Below, one piece after another: positions 36,301-50,439 of a stretch of 64,000 nt of DNA. A model generated the notes under the pieces. It saw nothing but the letters and a program-made list of their open reading frames with translations. It made no database searches and was not told the DNA's origin. The stretch is taken from the NCBI RefSeq assembly GCF_009914755.1, contig NC_060934.1; one strand, written 5' to 3'. This stretch comes from the human T2T-CHM13v2.0 reference genome, Homo sapiens. The position numbers and the translations under genes were made by a program. Numbering within the stretch: position 1 is the stretch's first letter; each line of letters opens with the position of its first letter.

Positions 36301-39300
36301 AATACTTTCTAAATAGTCTTAAAATTTGGAATGAAGGATATGGGAAGATAGGACCAAATCTTTACAGACCAGAGGAGAGAGATTCTAGAGGATCACACCA
36401 AGCCCACATTCTACAATCATAGGTCACCAGACACTATTGTACACAGAACCCCGAAATTCCCTGGAAGGAACTAGGAAAGGGAACTATTTATGTACATTAG
36501 CTGCCTCTTGATGCTGGGATTAAAAGCTGTTCTGAAACCTCAGGGAGAATGACCTAAGAAACTGACGGACTCCATCTAAGTGAGGGTTTGTTTCCAGAAT
36601 TGGATTTTGGAATTCAAAGATTTGGAATAAATTCCTCAAAAAAAGGAAGCCACATATTTTGGAAGACTGAAGAACCAGTAAACAATTAGAAGCCAGAACA
36701 CGTACCCAGTCCTTTGTCCTTGGAAGGAAGGATATATCCCTTGTGCACACACCAACCAGCATCAGACCCTCACCCAGTGTGGAGAGCAAAATAAGAAGGC
36801 AAGGAGATAGTTTGATATGGCCATTCCACAATGTATACATATTTTAAAACATCATGTTGTACATGATAAATATACATGATTTTTATTTGTCAATTTAAAA
36901 AGGAAAGGGAAGGGGCGGGGAGGGGATGGGGAGGGGTGGAGGGCGCTGGAACACGTGTAACAACTAGGGCTGGGGTCACCTGCGCTTTAACATCCCCTGA
37001 GTTTGCCTTGAGCCTCCAGGCCATGGACTTTGGAATGTGGCTGCGAGTCCCTAATTCTATTAAATATTAATTTTGTTCAAGAGTAACTTCATCTCTCTTC
37101 ACATGCTTTTCCTTTCCATACCACATCAACTCCAGCAAATCTCACCAAAGCAAACAAACAACAACAAATATAAAAACCAAAACACCAAAACTAAAATCAC
37201 TTACAGGTCATTTCTATATAAAAACCCTTTATTGAGAAGATCTTAGGAGACAGAAGAATCTACAACTTTAAAGTTAATATTAGGTAATCTCTGTTTTTCA
37301 GAAAGAAAAAGGGAGAGAAGTGAGAGGGAGGGATATTGGGAGAGGGGAGACAGGAAACAAAAAAGAGGAATGGAGGGAGCAAAGAAAGAAGAAAAGAAGG
37401 AAAGATCCCCAACCATTTATTGATATGCCTGCCTCTTTCTGTGATTCTGAGCTTTGCCTGTTTCCCTGTGTCTCTTCTCCCTTCAAAACCGTTCCTCCAT
37501 TTTTCTTAAACAGAGCAATTCAGTTCTAACTCTTATCCTCATACTCAGTCACAAACCCAACTATGAGTTGCTTAGTTCTTAGTTCTACATAAGAACTTTC
37601 ATTTTAACATGATCCACTCTCCTTTGAAAGCAATTTCAGTTATAAATAAATAGAATCCCCACGATTTCACATGCACTACACATTTAAAGTAAATTTAATC
37701 ACTTTGTCATATTTGCTGTACAGTATAATCCGATATTTTATGTTTTCAAATTGACATGGAATCCATTCTTCTATATCATTTGGTTTCAACATTTTCTAAC
37801 ATTTGGCTTCTGGTATAACTTTGAGATTCTGTGTCTCACACTTTAACTCCTTTATCAACTCACATCAAATAAATTAACACATTAGTAGGGGTCACAGTGG
37901 GAACAAGAATGGAAGGCTGACAATCTGGGTTCCAGAGAAAGGCAGAGGACTTCAAATTTTTTTTACGTTATGTTTTACCAATGGCTATCCCTAGTCAAGC
38001 CAGTCAAAATCATCATTCATATTAACTTTGATACTCTATGTTACAGAACTGATATAGGTAACCAAAAGCTGAAAACTGCAACACAGCATCTTTATCCCCG
38101 TGTTTATACTTGCAAGAGGAACAGGATAAATGTGGGATGGGTAACGAGCAAGGGGGAGTTGGAAGAGGAGGAAACAATGACAAACTTTAATGTTTGTGCC
38201 TTTAAGGTAGGCCTTGGGGAGTTGAACAATTGGAGATTCCCCTACTCCTGGGAAGTGTTCTTGCTAATTCCAGCAGATGGCAGTGCTGCATAATATGTCA
38301 ATTTTAAAACTCTTTTCTGTGCTTAAGGATCCAAACTTTGGATCCTTAAGAAGAGAATGACACTCTTTACAGTTGAGAGATGAATATTGAATTATAACCC
38401 CATGCCCTGAAAATCCCTGCTTTGTACTTAAAGAAGGCAACTGCAATCCCCAAAAGTCCCAGACACCTTTATGGACCCGTCATCGGAACATTTATGTCCA
38501 CGTGTGCTTGGTTCTGCACTGGCCTGAGATGCCTGCTGGAACCTCAAGGAGCCACACAAAGCAGCTGCCTCACATCTCTTTCCCTCACTCCCAGCCTCTT
38601 GCCCTGAAAAAAGTAAGGGCTGATTCCAATCTGTTCAATCCTGTCTTCAAATTCCCCAGAATCAAATTTCTTCAACCCATAATGAATTCTTCCTCTCCTA
38701 ACCCTCAAAGTACTACACATGCCCTTAGCCTCAGGTCAACATTTAATAACTTCTTGGTGTTGTTCTAACCTGAGTTGGTTTCAATTTACCAATTAGGTAG
38801 TAAATTTGAGATCATGGAGGGGGTCCTATGTGTATTTTTAATTCTCCACCATATGTAACATGGTTCCAGATTCCAAAGAGGTGCTTGATAAATAGTTGGT
38901 TGATTAACTCCTTTCACCATCTCTTAAAAATGTCTGCCAGCATACTGTCTAATTTTCAATAATGCTTTATGAGTTAGGGGCAGCCATAGGTCTGGTCAGG
39001 ACAAAGATTTCAGTCAGAAACATCTTCTGCACCTAGCAAAACCCTGGCATAAATATTTTGTGTAAAAGCAGTTTGTGTGGTGCCTGTAATTGAAACCCTG
39101 TCTTTTCAGGTTTGGGGCAGGTGCAATCCACATTTTCCCAACGTTCCAGGGCTCCCTTGTGTGAACAGTTCCTCTTCCCTTGGGTTTCCGTTCATTTGTG
39201 CACAACAGCTATTTAATTAAGCCTGTCTGGGTTGAACACAGTAGTATCATTTTTTACATTCAGGCCTCAATCCAAAGTTTGTTATTTAATATCTTTTGAT

Positions 39301-39549
39301 CAACTCTTTACTTTGCCACTTTTATTCCCTTTCCAAAACCTGCTCCATAATGGTCAATGCTCCAGAGCTTCTACTGTTTTTGTGACACTTCTAACAAGGT
39401 GTCCTATTTTGACACACCAAATTAGGAACATCTAATGTATCCTGTCTGTTCTGGGTACAAGAGCAATTTGCACCCAAACAAACCTGCACCCCAACCCTTC
39501 AATCCGCCCCACCCTCGCTAATGTTACAATTCTCCTTAGCAGTTTTTTC

Positions 39550-40000
39550 ATTTATTTGTTCTTTACACTCATTTATTCATTGACCAAGTATTCATTGAAT
39601 GCCTACTCTGGGTCAGGCACTGCTCTAAATAGTGAATGAGTCAGTATGATCCGTATCCTCAGAAAGCCTGTGGTTTTGTGGAGCAGATGAAATTTAAAAA
39701 TAAAAACACACATCAATATATATGATCATAACTAAAAGATGTTCTTTGAAGGAAAATAATAGAATGCTATGAGCATGAAGAATGTGGGTGGTAGTGGCGG
39801 GGGAGGGATGTATAATTTAGATAAGGGCAGTGGTTAAAGATGGACTCTCTAGGGCAGTGACATTTAAACTGAGACCCAAAATATGAGAAGAGAGTGATCA
39901 CAGGGATCAACATATGCAAAATGCCCCAGGGTCAGGGGTATAAAGGGGAGGCTTGGTACTTGAAGGAACTGATAGAAAAACTGGGCGCTAGATTGTAGTA
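39550..40000. mobile_element. L2 fragment
   Basis: cattcatt/tattcattgaatgcctactctgggtcaggcactg motifs. Confidence 0.65.
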
Positions 40001-42151
40001 GAAGATGGGGGATGTAGCCTAACGTCAGGAACTACACCCTGTGAGACTTCGTAGGTCCAGTGTGGGCACTGAATGCTCACACCAGCCCTGTCAGTTCTGC
40101 GATTCTGAAAAAGGCTTTGCTCTTCCCTGTTTGAGCTTTAGAAAGCTGTTTGAGCTGTTTGCTCTTCCCTGTTTGAGCTTAGGGTCAGAAATCTGGATTC
40201 ATCCACCTGCACGTGGGCCGGAACCTCAGGTAACCACACAGAAGCTGCCCCCCAACCTTTCTCCCACTCCCGAACTCTTCCCTACCTTGACCTATACCCA
40301 CACCTTGCTCTGCCCACAGTTGCAAAAATAAGCTATCCAAGAATGAACATAGGTCTTCATCTTTCGTAGGACAAGGTCCTTGAACTCTTCCATCATTACA
40401 CTGGTCAGTGGGAAAAGGCCTAACTTGTCATCACAAAAGAAACATATTTATGGAAAAATGTGAAAAGGGCTGCATTTGAAATGCTAATTCTAAAGCCTTT
40501 TAGTGCCAACTCAACTCAAAAATAAACTGCTTTTTACTTAATTCTAGACCAATCTTAGGTCCCAGATCCCTCAAAAAGACCTCTGACCCTTAAACAATTA
40601 AGAGCAATAATGAGAGTAATAATGATCACTCTCATCTAAACCTCAAAATCCCTTTTCATTGGTTTGACTCTCTTGGGTCAGGAGAGAAAAAAAAAAAAAG
40701 CCTCTTTTAACTTATTTAATACAGCCCTGGGCCTCAGGTAGATAGATCCTTAGGGGCTGGGGAGAAAAGGAGAAAATTTTAATCTTCAATTGAGACACTC
40801 AAAGCCCATATCAAGAAAGGAGCCCCAATCAGCTTTGTAAGTAATGATGTGGCTCATTAATAGGTGATACTAACCACACATGTCCCCGTTAGCAGGAACA
40901 AATTATTCTTGCCAAGTTCAGGCATTCCCTGGCAGCTGAAGGAAACATGAGCTGCCCACATGTTAATATACTTCAAATTGCTTCTCAAGGGAGAGGATAA
41001 TGGGTAGATAATTGTAGATGTGGGGGGATAGGTACCTCAAGTTCTTTACACTATTCATTCTACTTTTGTATATGTTTGAAAAGTACCATCATGTTTTGTC
41101 TTAAATGTCAGTCCTTTTATCATTATTTATATCTTCCCACTCCCCAACCAAATAGTTTTCCGTGCTATGGGACAAAACCTCAGTTATCTGTCATTGGTAG
41201 CTACGCTGGCAACAGATATAAAAATCTATTGCTTGACGGAGTTAAAAAAAAAAACAAAAAAAAAACTTTTTTTTTTTTTTACTCAAACTTTCAAGTGTGA
41301 GAAAAGAAACTCAGATATCCACCCTGAATTTGTACTATTTCATTTCAGTAAACAATTTCAGAATTAGACCTACTGGGACCAGGAAGGGGAGTGTCAAATA
41401 GACATTACCATTTTCATTATCACTGGCAGTGGTGAAGGCAATTCAAAAAGAACTCAACTCCTAACTGAGAAAGCCTGACTTTGGTAATGTGGAAAGCAGA
41501 CAGTGGAACTAGCTCACTTTTGGGACAAAATATGCTCCCCAATTCACCCCCTCAACCCTAAATGCTCCCCAAAAGAAGCCTGGATCAATCAACAGCAAAT
41601 TAAACCACTGAGCCTGAAAGTAGTGGTTTTGATAGATCCTCTTGGGAAAACTCTTGGAAATCTCCAATCTAGAATCTTCCTTCAATATTGATTAGAAGAC
41701 TGAAGCATAATCCAAAGGATTTTATCTGTCCAAGGGAGCGTCGGTTTCCCAACAGCTTCTTGAACCCACATAAGATAATCCAAGTAGGCACAGGGGAAGG
41801 ACACAGGGCTTCAGCATCAGCAGCATCCCAGTTTTACAGGATTTCACACTAGAGGATACTGAGCTGTGGGAACTGGTGCCTCAGTTTCCACATCTACAAA
41901 ATGATAATAATAGAGGTCACTATGGGGATTAAATTCGACAATGACAATGCATAGGAAGTGCCTGGCATAATAGCTCACACATTGGAAGAACTCAATAAAG
42001 ACTTCTGGTTTTTGTAAATCATTTGATTATTTAACACATCTTAAAATGCTGACCACATCTTAGCATGATCCAGACAGGCCCACTCACCATCCAGTCCAAA
42101 CCTCTTGTCCGAGGGAAAAATGTCTTTCCAAACACAGGACAATAAATTCAT

Positions 42152-42157
42152 TTTATT
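42152..42157 (-). terminator. SLC16A12: SLC16A12 poly(A) signal (3'UTR ~42140-44895)
   Basis: TTTATT on + strand; GT-rich downstream element on - strand (tgtcctgtgttt). Confidence 0.7.
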
Positions 42158-42764
42158 TTGCTTTTGAAATAAGAAAATATTAGCATAAATATTTCATCTA
42201 TTAATGAAATTACAATCTGAACAAAAAGCCCAATCATACAGTGTATCTACAAAGTTAGATAATGTCTTCTGATTTTCTACTCAGATAATTCCAAAGTAGA
42301 GCTTACAGTAGTAGAAAGAAATATTTAAGATGTAAAATTATCCCACTATAATTTTGTTCTTGATTCCACAAAATACATCATTCCCATGAATTTCTCAGTT
42401 TTGAAATAAACAGTATAGACACATGGAACATTAACACTAAAATTCTGTGTAGAAATGTAAAATAGTAGACCTTAAGATGTACATTTTTCTTACTGATTTT
42501 CTAAAAATGCTGCCTCAAAAGGGAAAGTAAAATGCAAATCTATGCATGTATAAAGTCAAATCTCCCAAATGTTTTTATACAAAATCTTTAAAATTTCTGA
42601 TCACTATGCTTATTTTTCATAAATACTTGTAATACTTCACAGAAATTATATTGCAGAACCACATAAACAAAATTTTGTTGTGATCATGATAAAAAATATG
42701 TATAAGAATATTTGTAACTATTCATATTTTTAAACATCTTTAGGCTTGAAAATTCAAGAAATGA

Positions 42765-43130
<366 letters not shown>

Positions 43131-44895
43131 CAAATATTTTTAAAATTGCAAATGACAAAGTCAATGGGGTTCAAAACTAAATTCTTAAACTAAGTAAGGA
43201 GATAACAGACAACATTTAAATTTGTCTTTGGAAAACAACTATGAAATATTACCATTTTCTCCTATCAGATCAAGTCAGTATTTCATTCTGAAAGCAATGT
43301 ATTAACATGTGATTTTATGAAATAATCAAGGTATAGGCAAGCTCTCTTGCGGAGCATACACATTAACTCAGGATCATCCTCATTGCTGTTTTTTTTCCCC
43401 CAGCACTTGTGAGGCCTTGTAGGGGACAGTGGATTAAATAGCCTTCAGGGTCAAAACAGTTCCTTGACATTTGGATTTTAAACTCCTGGTAATTAAAATT
43501 GATTGCATAATTTACTCCTATTACAGGTGTGACACACTGTGAGATTCAGGATTATAATTCTTTGGACTTAAAATGGTTGGAAACAAGCTGGGGGATCTGG
43601 ACTTTTTCTTCCCTCCATGCCTTCCCTCTTCAATCTGAAGACTCAGAAATTATCCCAAACCATAGAAAAGTGGAGTATTTGAGAATGAATAAACTTATAA
43701 TCCAATGAGTAGATTTCTAATTATTATCTATAAAGAGATGAAGAGCAGTGGATAGTGGAACAAGAATTAACACAGGGAGAAAGGAATCTCACCTTTAGAA
43801 TATCTCTAGGATAATATTTTTCAGACAACTGACTCCCTCCAATCCTCTTTTGGGTAATGATAAAACTAAATGTCTGATCTGCAAAGAAAACTCTCACCAG
43901 AGACCTGCTGATTCAAGAATTCAGTTCCTGCCCAATTGGAATACTGCCAACATTTTTCCAACCTAACAGGAATGCGTCTGCAGTCTAAGTAAGAGCTTCT
44001 TCTCTGAAGGTAAAAGACGGGAAGTTTTGGTGTTGTTGACATTTCAGGTAAGATTGAGAGGTTGTCCTTGTGACTAAGTGTGTTCTGCTAAATTTAGAGT
44101 AAGTATTATATGTGATGGTAACAAATGTGAGAGCCTGGAACCCAGTCTTAGGAAAAGAGCTTTCGGTTTCCAGTGGACAATTTCAAATGGATCTTACCAG
44201 ATGCCCTTTAAGATCTATTCCAACCATGGCATTCCATGATTATTTGGATTCTCATAGTGGTGTCTACCCTTGGGCAGAGGCAAGGGCTGGCTGGAAGACT
44301 AAGAGAAAAAAAAATAAGAGTTTCTTTCTATATTAATCACCACTTTTTGAAGAATCTCAAGTATTCTTTAACAATCCCAAGTAAAACCCTAATGAGAAAC
44401 TCCACCATGAAAAAGTATGGCATCTTCACTCTTCACCACCACACCCAAGCTGACCTCCCTTCTCTAACCAGAACAAGGTAAGCAAAGCTACACGTTAATG
44501 TTTCCATTTTCTTTCTGAGGAGGGAACATGAAGGGCCTGAGACTGGAACAAAGCTGCTGCCCAGTGTCATCTGCTTTGGTTATGCTTTGAAATTATCCCT
44601 AATTACAGCTAATTATATCAGCTGTGTCCTTACATTTCTTACAGAGCTATGCCCATTGACCAAAAGATACGAGTTCAGTTATGAGCACAAATCCCAAATG
44701 AGAAGGCTCTGGGCTAGTCCAGCTTTCCTTATTATGTGCTGTTTTCCCTTATAAATATTAATATGTTAACAAAACAATAATAATAATTTCCTTGGAAGGC
44801 AATCCTTCTGCCAAAATAAAAAGTTTCAGAAACATGAAGAATCTGGTGGCCCCACCTCTCTCAAACCTGAAGATTCTGGGGCTCAAGGCCTTTGG

Positions 44896-45158
44896 TCATG
44901 TGAGGCTGTAGCCAGGCACTGCTGTAGCCACAGGCTCCCCATGTTTCTGATCTAATTCTCTTGCCACAGAATAAGCCACTGATCCATTGGTCCATAGCTG
45001 CAGCTTAGGATCAGATTCTTTGGCAATGAACTGCAACTGGGTTTTTCTCATTCTCTTTATAAGTCTAGCAAAGCCAAGCAACACAGAACTAAATATCATT
45101 GAAAATCCACAGAGGAGGAATGCTGCAGTGTAGCTGCCGGTGGTATCTACCAGCCGTC
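44896..45158 (-). CDS. SLC16A12: SLC16A12 last coding exon (263 nt)
   Basis: Acceptor ttacag|GA CGG; GRLVDTTGSY...VPGYSLT*. Confidence 0.97.
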
Positions 45159-46614
45159 CTGTAACAAACAACAGCAAAATTTTATTTTTGAGTTGAAAAT
45201 TCAATTGCTTACCCACTCTCAAATTCTAATGATTTGTAAGGATAATAATAGATCGATAGCACCACCAATTGTAACTTTGAAACAAAAAGAGGTCACCTAA
45301 AAATATTGTGCAGCAACTGAAAAATACATTCTGTTTTCCAGGAAAACTTCTAGAGTGAATTGATTGTTGTTCTGTAAAGTGCTTGGAAAAGCATCACGTA
45401 CTTAGTAGTCACAACGTAAATATTAGTTACTATTAACCCCATGAAATCTGGTAAAAAGATAAAAATAGCATCATTTAAATTATTAAGGTTGGAATAATTT
45501 ACCTAGGGTGTTAAGAGAACATATTTGTACAAAATGCCAGTAGTATTCACAGCACCCATACACTGTTTTGAGTAACATGACATGCTTCAAAGCAGTATCA
45601 CATTTTCAACTGGATTCAGTCATTGTACTCTATCCAGTTTGAAAATCAGAACTTTCAGCTATTTTAGCAGTTGCAAATGCAAACTAGCTTTTTTTTCTTT
45701 ATCTCTTGTTGCAACAAATTAATCTCAATATCTATCTCAGCTCTAAATTTTGAGGAAAACCGGGCATATGATATGCAAAATAGGGTCCACAATGACAGAA
45801 AACCAGTGGAATAACATTATACTTCGTCAGGCAATTATTTTATAATTAACAAAGGTTTTTTTAAATTCCTTCAAACTTTCCTTATCTGCCAAGAAAACCC
45901 ACCAGAGAAGTATATGATTTCTTCTCTTACCCACTTCAGATCCATTCGTCAAAAATAGCATGTAGAAGTTGTTATAAGCCCCACAAAATTTCCTGAATTT
46001 AAACTGCTCTCAAATATTTTAGTTATTGTTTGATTTACTTGTGCAATTCTATAGCACCAAACAAAAAAGACTGAGTACACAGTTGTCATTTGAAAGGTAA
46101 ATAAATAAGAAAATGATACAATAAGAATTAATCCTCGAATTCCCAGTAATGAGTATCATGTCTGATTTGCCAATGAAGGCCACGAACTGAATCCCAATTT
46201 CATTTGTGTCCTGTGACCTTTGATAGAATGACACTGTTTCTAAAGGTTGGTGAGCACTAAAATAAGCTATGAAAGGAGGATGTGGGAATATTTTGGGGGC
46301 AGTTTTCAAAAATGGAGCATTAAACATAAAGATCTGTATCATGGAGTTCAAACTGAACAGGGTTTTGTCATCTGCACCACTCAAGCGGCCACAATTTCCC
46401 CTAGTTTGCTGTTTTTATTCCACCCCAATTGCTGGATTTGGAAATAGCCTGAAACTGTCTATTCACAATAATAGCTAATAGCAGAAACTCTGCCTTCCTC
46501 AAAAAAATTCCTGCCTTCTTTCTAGGCAAAGTTTTGGGTTATTTCTCTTTTGCCTGTCTTCAGAGAACTTGTTCACTCTCTCAGTTTTAATTTAGGCAGA
46601 TAATAATATGGAAC

Positions 46615-46790
46615 AGTCATTCTCAATATTTACCTCGCATGAGCATCACAACAAAGCTGGTTGAAAATGCAGATTTCTGGAACTCATCCTCAACATTCAG
46701 ATCACAGGTGGGAGTGTCAAGGAATCTGCATTTTTAACAAGGTCCCTAGGAGACTCTGATGCAGGTGGTGTAGACCACATGCTTTAGGAA
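46615..46790. mobile_element. MER5A-type
   Basis: aaaatgcagatttctgg...ggaatctgcatttttaacaag. Confidence 0.7.
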
Positions 46791-47891
46791 GGAGAAACAG
46801 CTTCTGACCTGTTTACTCCTGTCTCTCCAGCATGATAAACACAATGCTAGTTACACATGCAATATGTATTTGTTGAATTACTTGTTTAATGCATACAATA
46901 AATATTTGTCAAATTGTTTAATCATGCTTCACTCTATAGCATTTTAGAGTTTATAAAACATTCTATGTGCTTTATATGATGATTCCCAAATCTATATATA
47001 AACCAGGCCATCCACTAAAGCTCATATTTCATCTTTAAACAGCTCTATTGAGCATTTTTACCTGTATATTTCAGAAATCTCAACATATCTAAAAACCATA
47101 TTCATTATTTTTCAGGCAAAGCCACTTTCTCGAATTTCCTTATTTTCTCAACCACGACATTATTTTCTAAGTCATCCTTGACTTCTTTCTCTCATTCACC
47201 TCTGTATGCTAAATTCTGCTGAATTTTGTTTTGAAAACTTCTTCCTTGCCCCCAGAGCTCATCTTTATTTCTGCTGCAGCAGCCCTAGCTCAGGCGTTTA
47301 TCAGCTGCCTCCTAAACTATTAGAATGGAATCTTAGCTACCTCTCTCCTAAGTTACTAGATCAATTGCTAGATCACATTTTCTAACATATATACTTTACC
47401 ATATTATCCTTTTACATAAAAACTTTAATACTATCCATAGTCTCTGAAGAATAGAGCCCAGTTCCTCTGTCTGGCACCCAAAACACTCCACTATGACACT
47501 GGCGTTTATAATTTCAGCCTCATCACCCACTGCCCCCTGTTGGAATCCTGTTCTCCCCTGAGACTTCCCTCTGAATGCACCCTACTTATTTATAAGGCTG
47601 AACAACTGCTCCATCCCCCTGCTCCCATCATTAATATGGAAAGGAATCAAGACCCTAATTTGGGACTTACTCTTTCCAGGTAGGCTAAGGTTCTTACTTG
47701 GTTGGAAGAAGATTATAAAACAAGGATGTAGGTGGGACCATGATGGTTTTGGGGGCTCTTATATCCCTTTTCTCTTTCACTCTTCCCCAACTCTCTTGAC
47801 AGTCCTTCTCATTGACTGCATGTGGGTTTGCTGTTTTCACATCAATATGCCAAAGAGAAAAGGTGGTTGGGGTTTCTCTCTGGAAACTTAC

Positions 47892-48151
47892 CTGCGATGG
47901 GTGGGCTCACCAAGTATGGCACTGCGTGAAGGAAGTATACCACACCAAGCGCTGATGACAAAGAGGTGGTCCCCACTATCTCTGTGGTCACTACTGGGAT
48001 CAAAGTCACATAGGCACCATCAAAGTAGCCAAAGGTACAAGAGAAAGGCACGAGCAGAGGGAGACTTTGAAGCATTGGGAGGCAGAGATAGCAGAGCCCA
48101 TCCATTCCCACGGCAAAGAGGTAGCAAACATACTGGTAATTCTTCAGACAC
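47892..48151 (-). CDS. SLC16A12: SLC16A12 coding exon (260 nt)
   Basis: ctacag|G TGT CTG...GCA G|gtaagt; [18 protein letters not shown]...SPPIA. Confidence 0.97.
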
Positions 48152-48511
48152 CTGTAGATTTGAAGAACAAGAATAAGTGCAGGAGGTACACATTCTGTAA
48201 AAGAGCTTTAGAGCCACGGCTATGCAGCAGTAAGCATTGCAGTTATTTACAGAGATGGCTTTCCCATTGTGTGTTATGTATGCTGTCTTCCTATCTTTCT
48301 TTTTTGCAAATGCAAGAATTCATCTCTCCAGGAAGCATGGTGTGGTAGAAAGAATATATACTTCAAAATTAGAAAGGTAGAATATTAAAACTAGTCCTGC
48401 CACCCACTGCCTGCCTAACTCAATTTCTTTAGCTATAAAATGGAAAGGTTACTTATCTCACAGGGTTACTCTGAAATTAGTCGTGAAATAAAATAGAAAT
48501 AAAATGTAAAA

Positions 48512-48701
48512 TGGGGTCTCCAATCTTTTGGCTTCCCTGGGCCACATTGGAAGAAGAAGAATTGTCTTGGGCCACACATAAAATAAACTAACACTAATGA
48601 TAGCTGATGAAAAAAAGAAAGAAAGGAAAGGAAAGGAGGAAGGAAGGAAGGAAGGAAGGAAGGAAATAAGGAGAAAGAAAGAAAAGAAAGAAATAAAGAA
48701 A

Positions 48702-48749
<48 letters not shown>

Positions 48750-48869
48750 AAAAGAAAGAGTGCATAAATCTCAAAATGTTGTAAGAAAGTTTACAAATTT
48801 GTGTTGGACCACATTCAAAGCCATCCCAGGCCACAGGCAGCCCATGTGCCACAGGTTGGACAAGCTTGA
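48512..48869. mobile_element. MER30 containing an expanded (GAAA)n/(GGAA)n tract (48610-48759)
   Basis: ccaatcttttggcttccctgggccacattggaagaagaag...ggttggacaagcttg. Confidence 0.85.
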
Positions 48870-49969
48870 TGTAAAGGATCAGAAGGGTAATTTTCCTAGC
48901 AGTCTACCTTATTAGATACTTTTAGGTATGTTATCCATTGGTATCTGGCATGTCATAGATCATAAATACTCAATAACCCAAGTGGTTACACAAAGGGGAA
49001 ACTGTAATACAAAGACATTAAAATGATTTGCCAGAGATGATGGAGGTCTTGGACTAGGATGAAGTCTAATATATTTCAAGATCTCCCAAGTGGTATTCCC
49101 ATTAATTTTCCTGATAACTCCAAACCCATTTATGATACCAATAATTTCAAAGAATCTGTATAATGTCAGCTCCAACAGCTTATGCTTTACAAACATTTTT
49201 CTACTCACAGCCTCATTTGAACATCACAAAATAGTATAAGGTCAACAGGCAAATATTGCACTGGCTCATTTTACAGATAGAGATCATTGTGGATCTGAGG
49301 GTTAGGTGACTTTCTGTAGGTCACAGGGTTAATAAGGAGCAAAGCCAGTGCAAGAACTTAGGTCTAGTATGCCTCAGAGTAGAGATGCCTCCATTAGACC
49401 TACACCTGGCTGCTTCTTGCTGAGTTATTTGATTGTGAAAATAGGTAATCTTTGCTCTTCCACTTCTTCTTTAACCATTAAAAATGTGGAATCAATACTA
49501 AATATCATATTCATAACACTGGAGAATGGCAGTTGGATCCTGATTAATTACCAAAAACATAATTTGTGAGAAGCTACATGATGGTATTAGCCCTGCAGGT
49601 CATATCTCAAGTGTGAATGGTTCATCATTTAGGAGAATATGAGTAGCCTGCACTCTTCAGTCCAAACAGATGAGCATTTGCTGAAGAAATTACTTGGTAG
49701 ATTTCTTATAACTTTGGTTTCTAAGCCTGCAATTACAAGGAAATTACTTGCAATTTGCATTGTCAAACATGAATATGTGGCTACAGACAATGTGTTATCA
49801 TTGCACCTGGCCCTCCTGCCTAAACTGAATTCTGCTCCTTTTTCCATTGCCAGTCAGGACTGGTTCAAAAGAAACTAACACCACCACACCCAGCCAAAAG
49901 TTGTCTTGCTTGAGGACTGACTTGTCTTGGGATGGAATTAAATCTACCGCCAGAACTTGTAGTTACCCT

Positions 49970-50289
49970 AGGCTTCTGCAATTTAGACACATCTGGCCCA
50001 TGACATCTTTTTGTACTACCTGTGAATTAAGAACGGTTTTTCCGTTTAAAAATGGTTGGAAAAAATCAAAAGAACAATATTTTGTGACACATGAAAATTA
50101 TAAGAGAAATTCACATTTCAGTGTGCATAAAGTCTTATTGGAACGTAGCCACTCTCTTTTGTTTACATATTGTCTGTGGCTGTTTTGTACTATAATAGCA
50201 GAGTTGGGTAGTTATGATGAACACTTGGCCTACAAAGCCAAAAATGTTTACTATCTGTTCCTTTACAGAAAATTTTGCCAACCTCTGAT
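49970..50289. mobile_element. MER58-type hAT element
   Basis: ttattggaacgtagccactc...tttacagaaaattttgccaacctctg. Confidence 0.75.
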
Positions 50290-50439
50290 CTAGAAGTACC
50301 AGCAAGGGAGATGCCTTCAGATACTGCAGACTTGTTAACATTATTCAGACCTAGGTACTCCACAGGGTAAGGGGCTGAGGAGAAACTCAAGGCTTAAAGT
50401 CCCCTGGTGGGGAACCAATTGTGGTTTCATGAATTTTAC

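Noticed and set aside
41239-41284. A-tract/T-tract hairpin
   Set aside because: Low-complexity homopolymers with no supporting context
45336-45344. GAS-like TTCCAGGAA
   Set aside because: Single 9-mer, expected by chance
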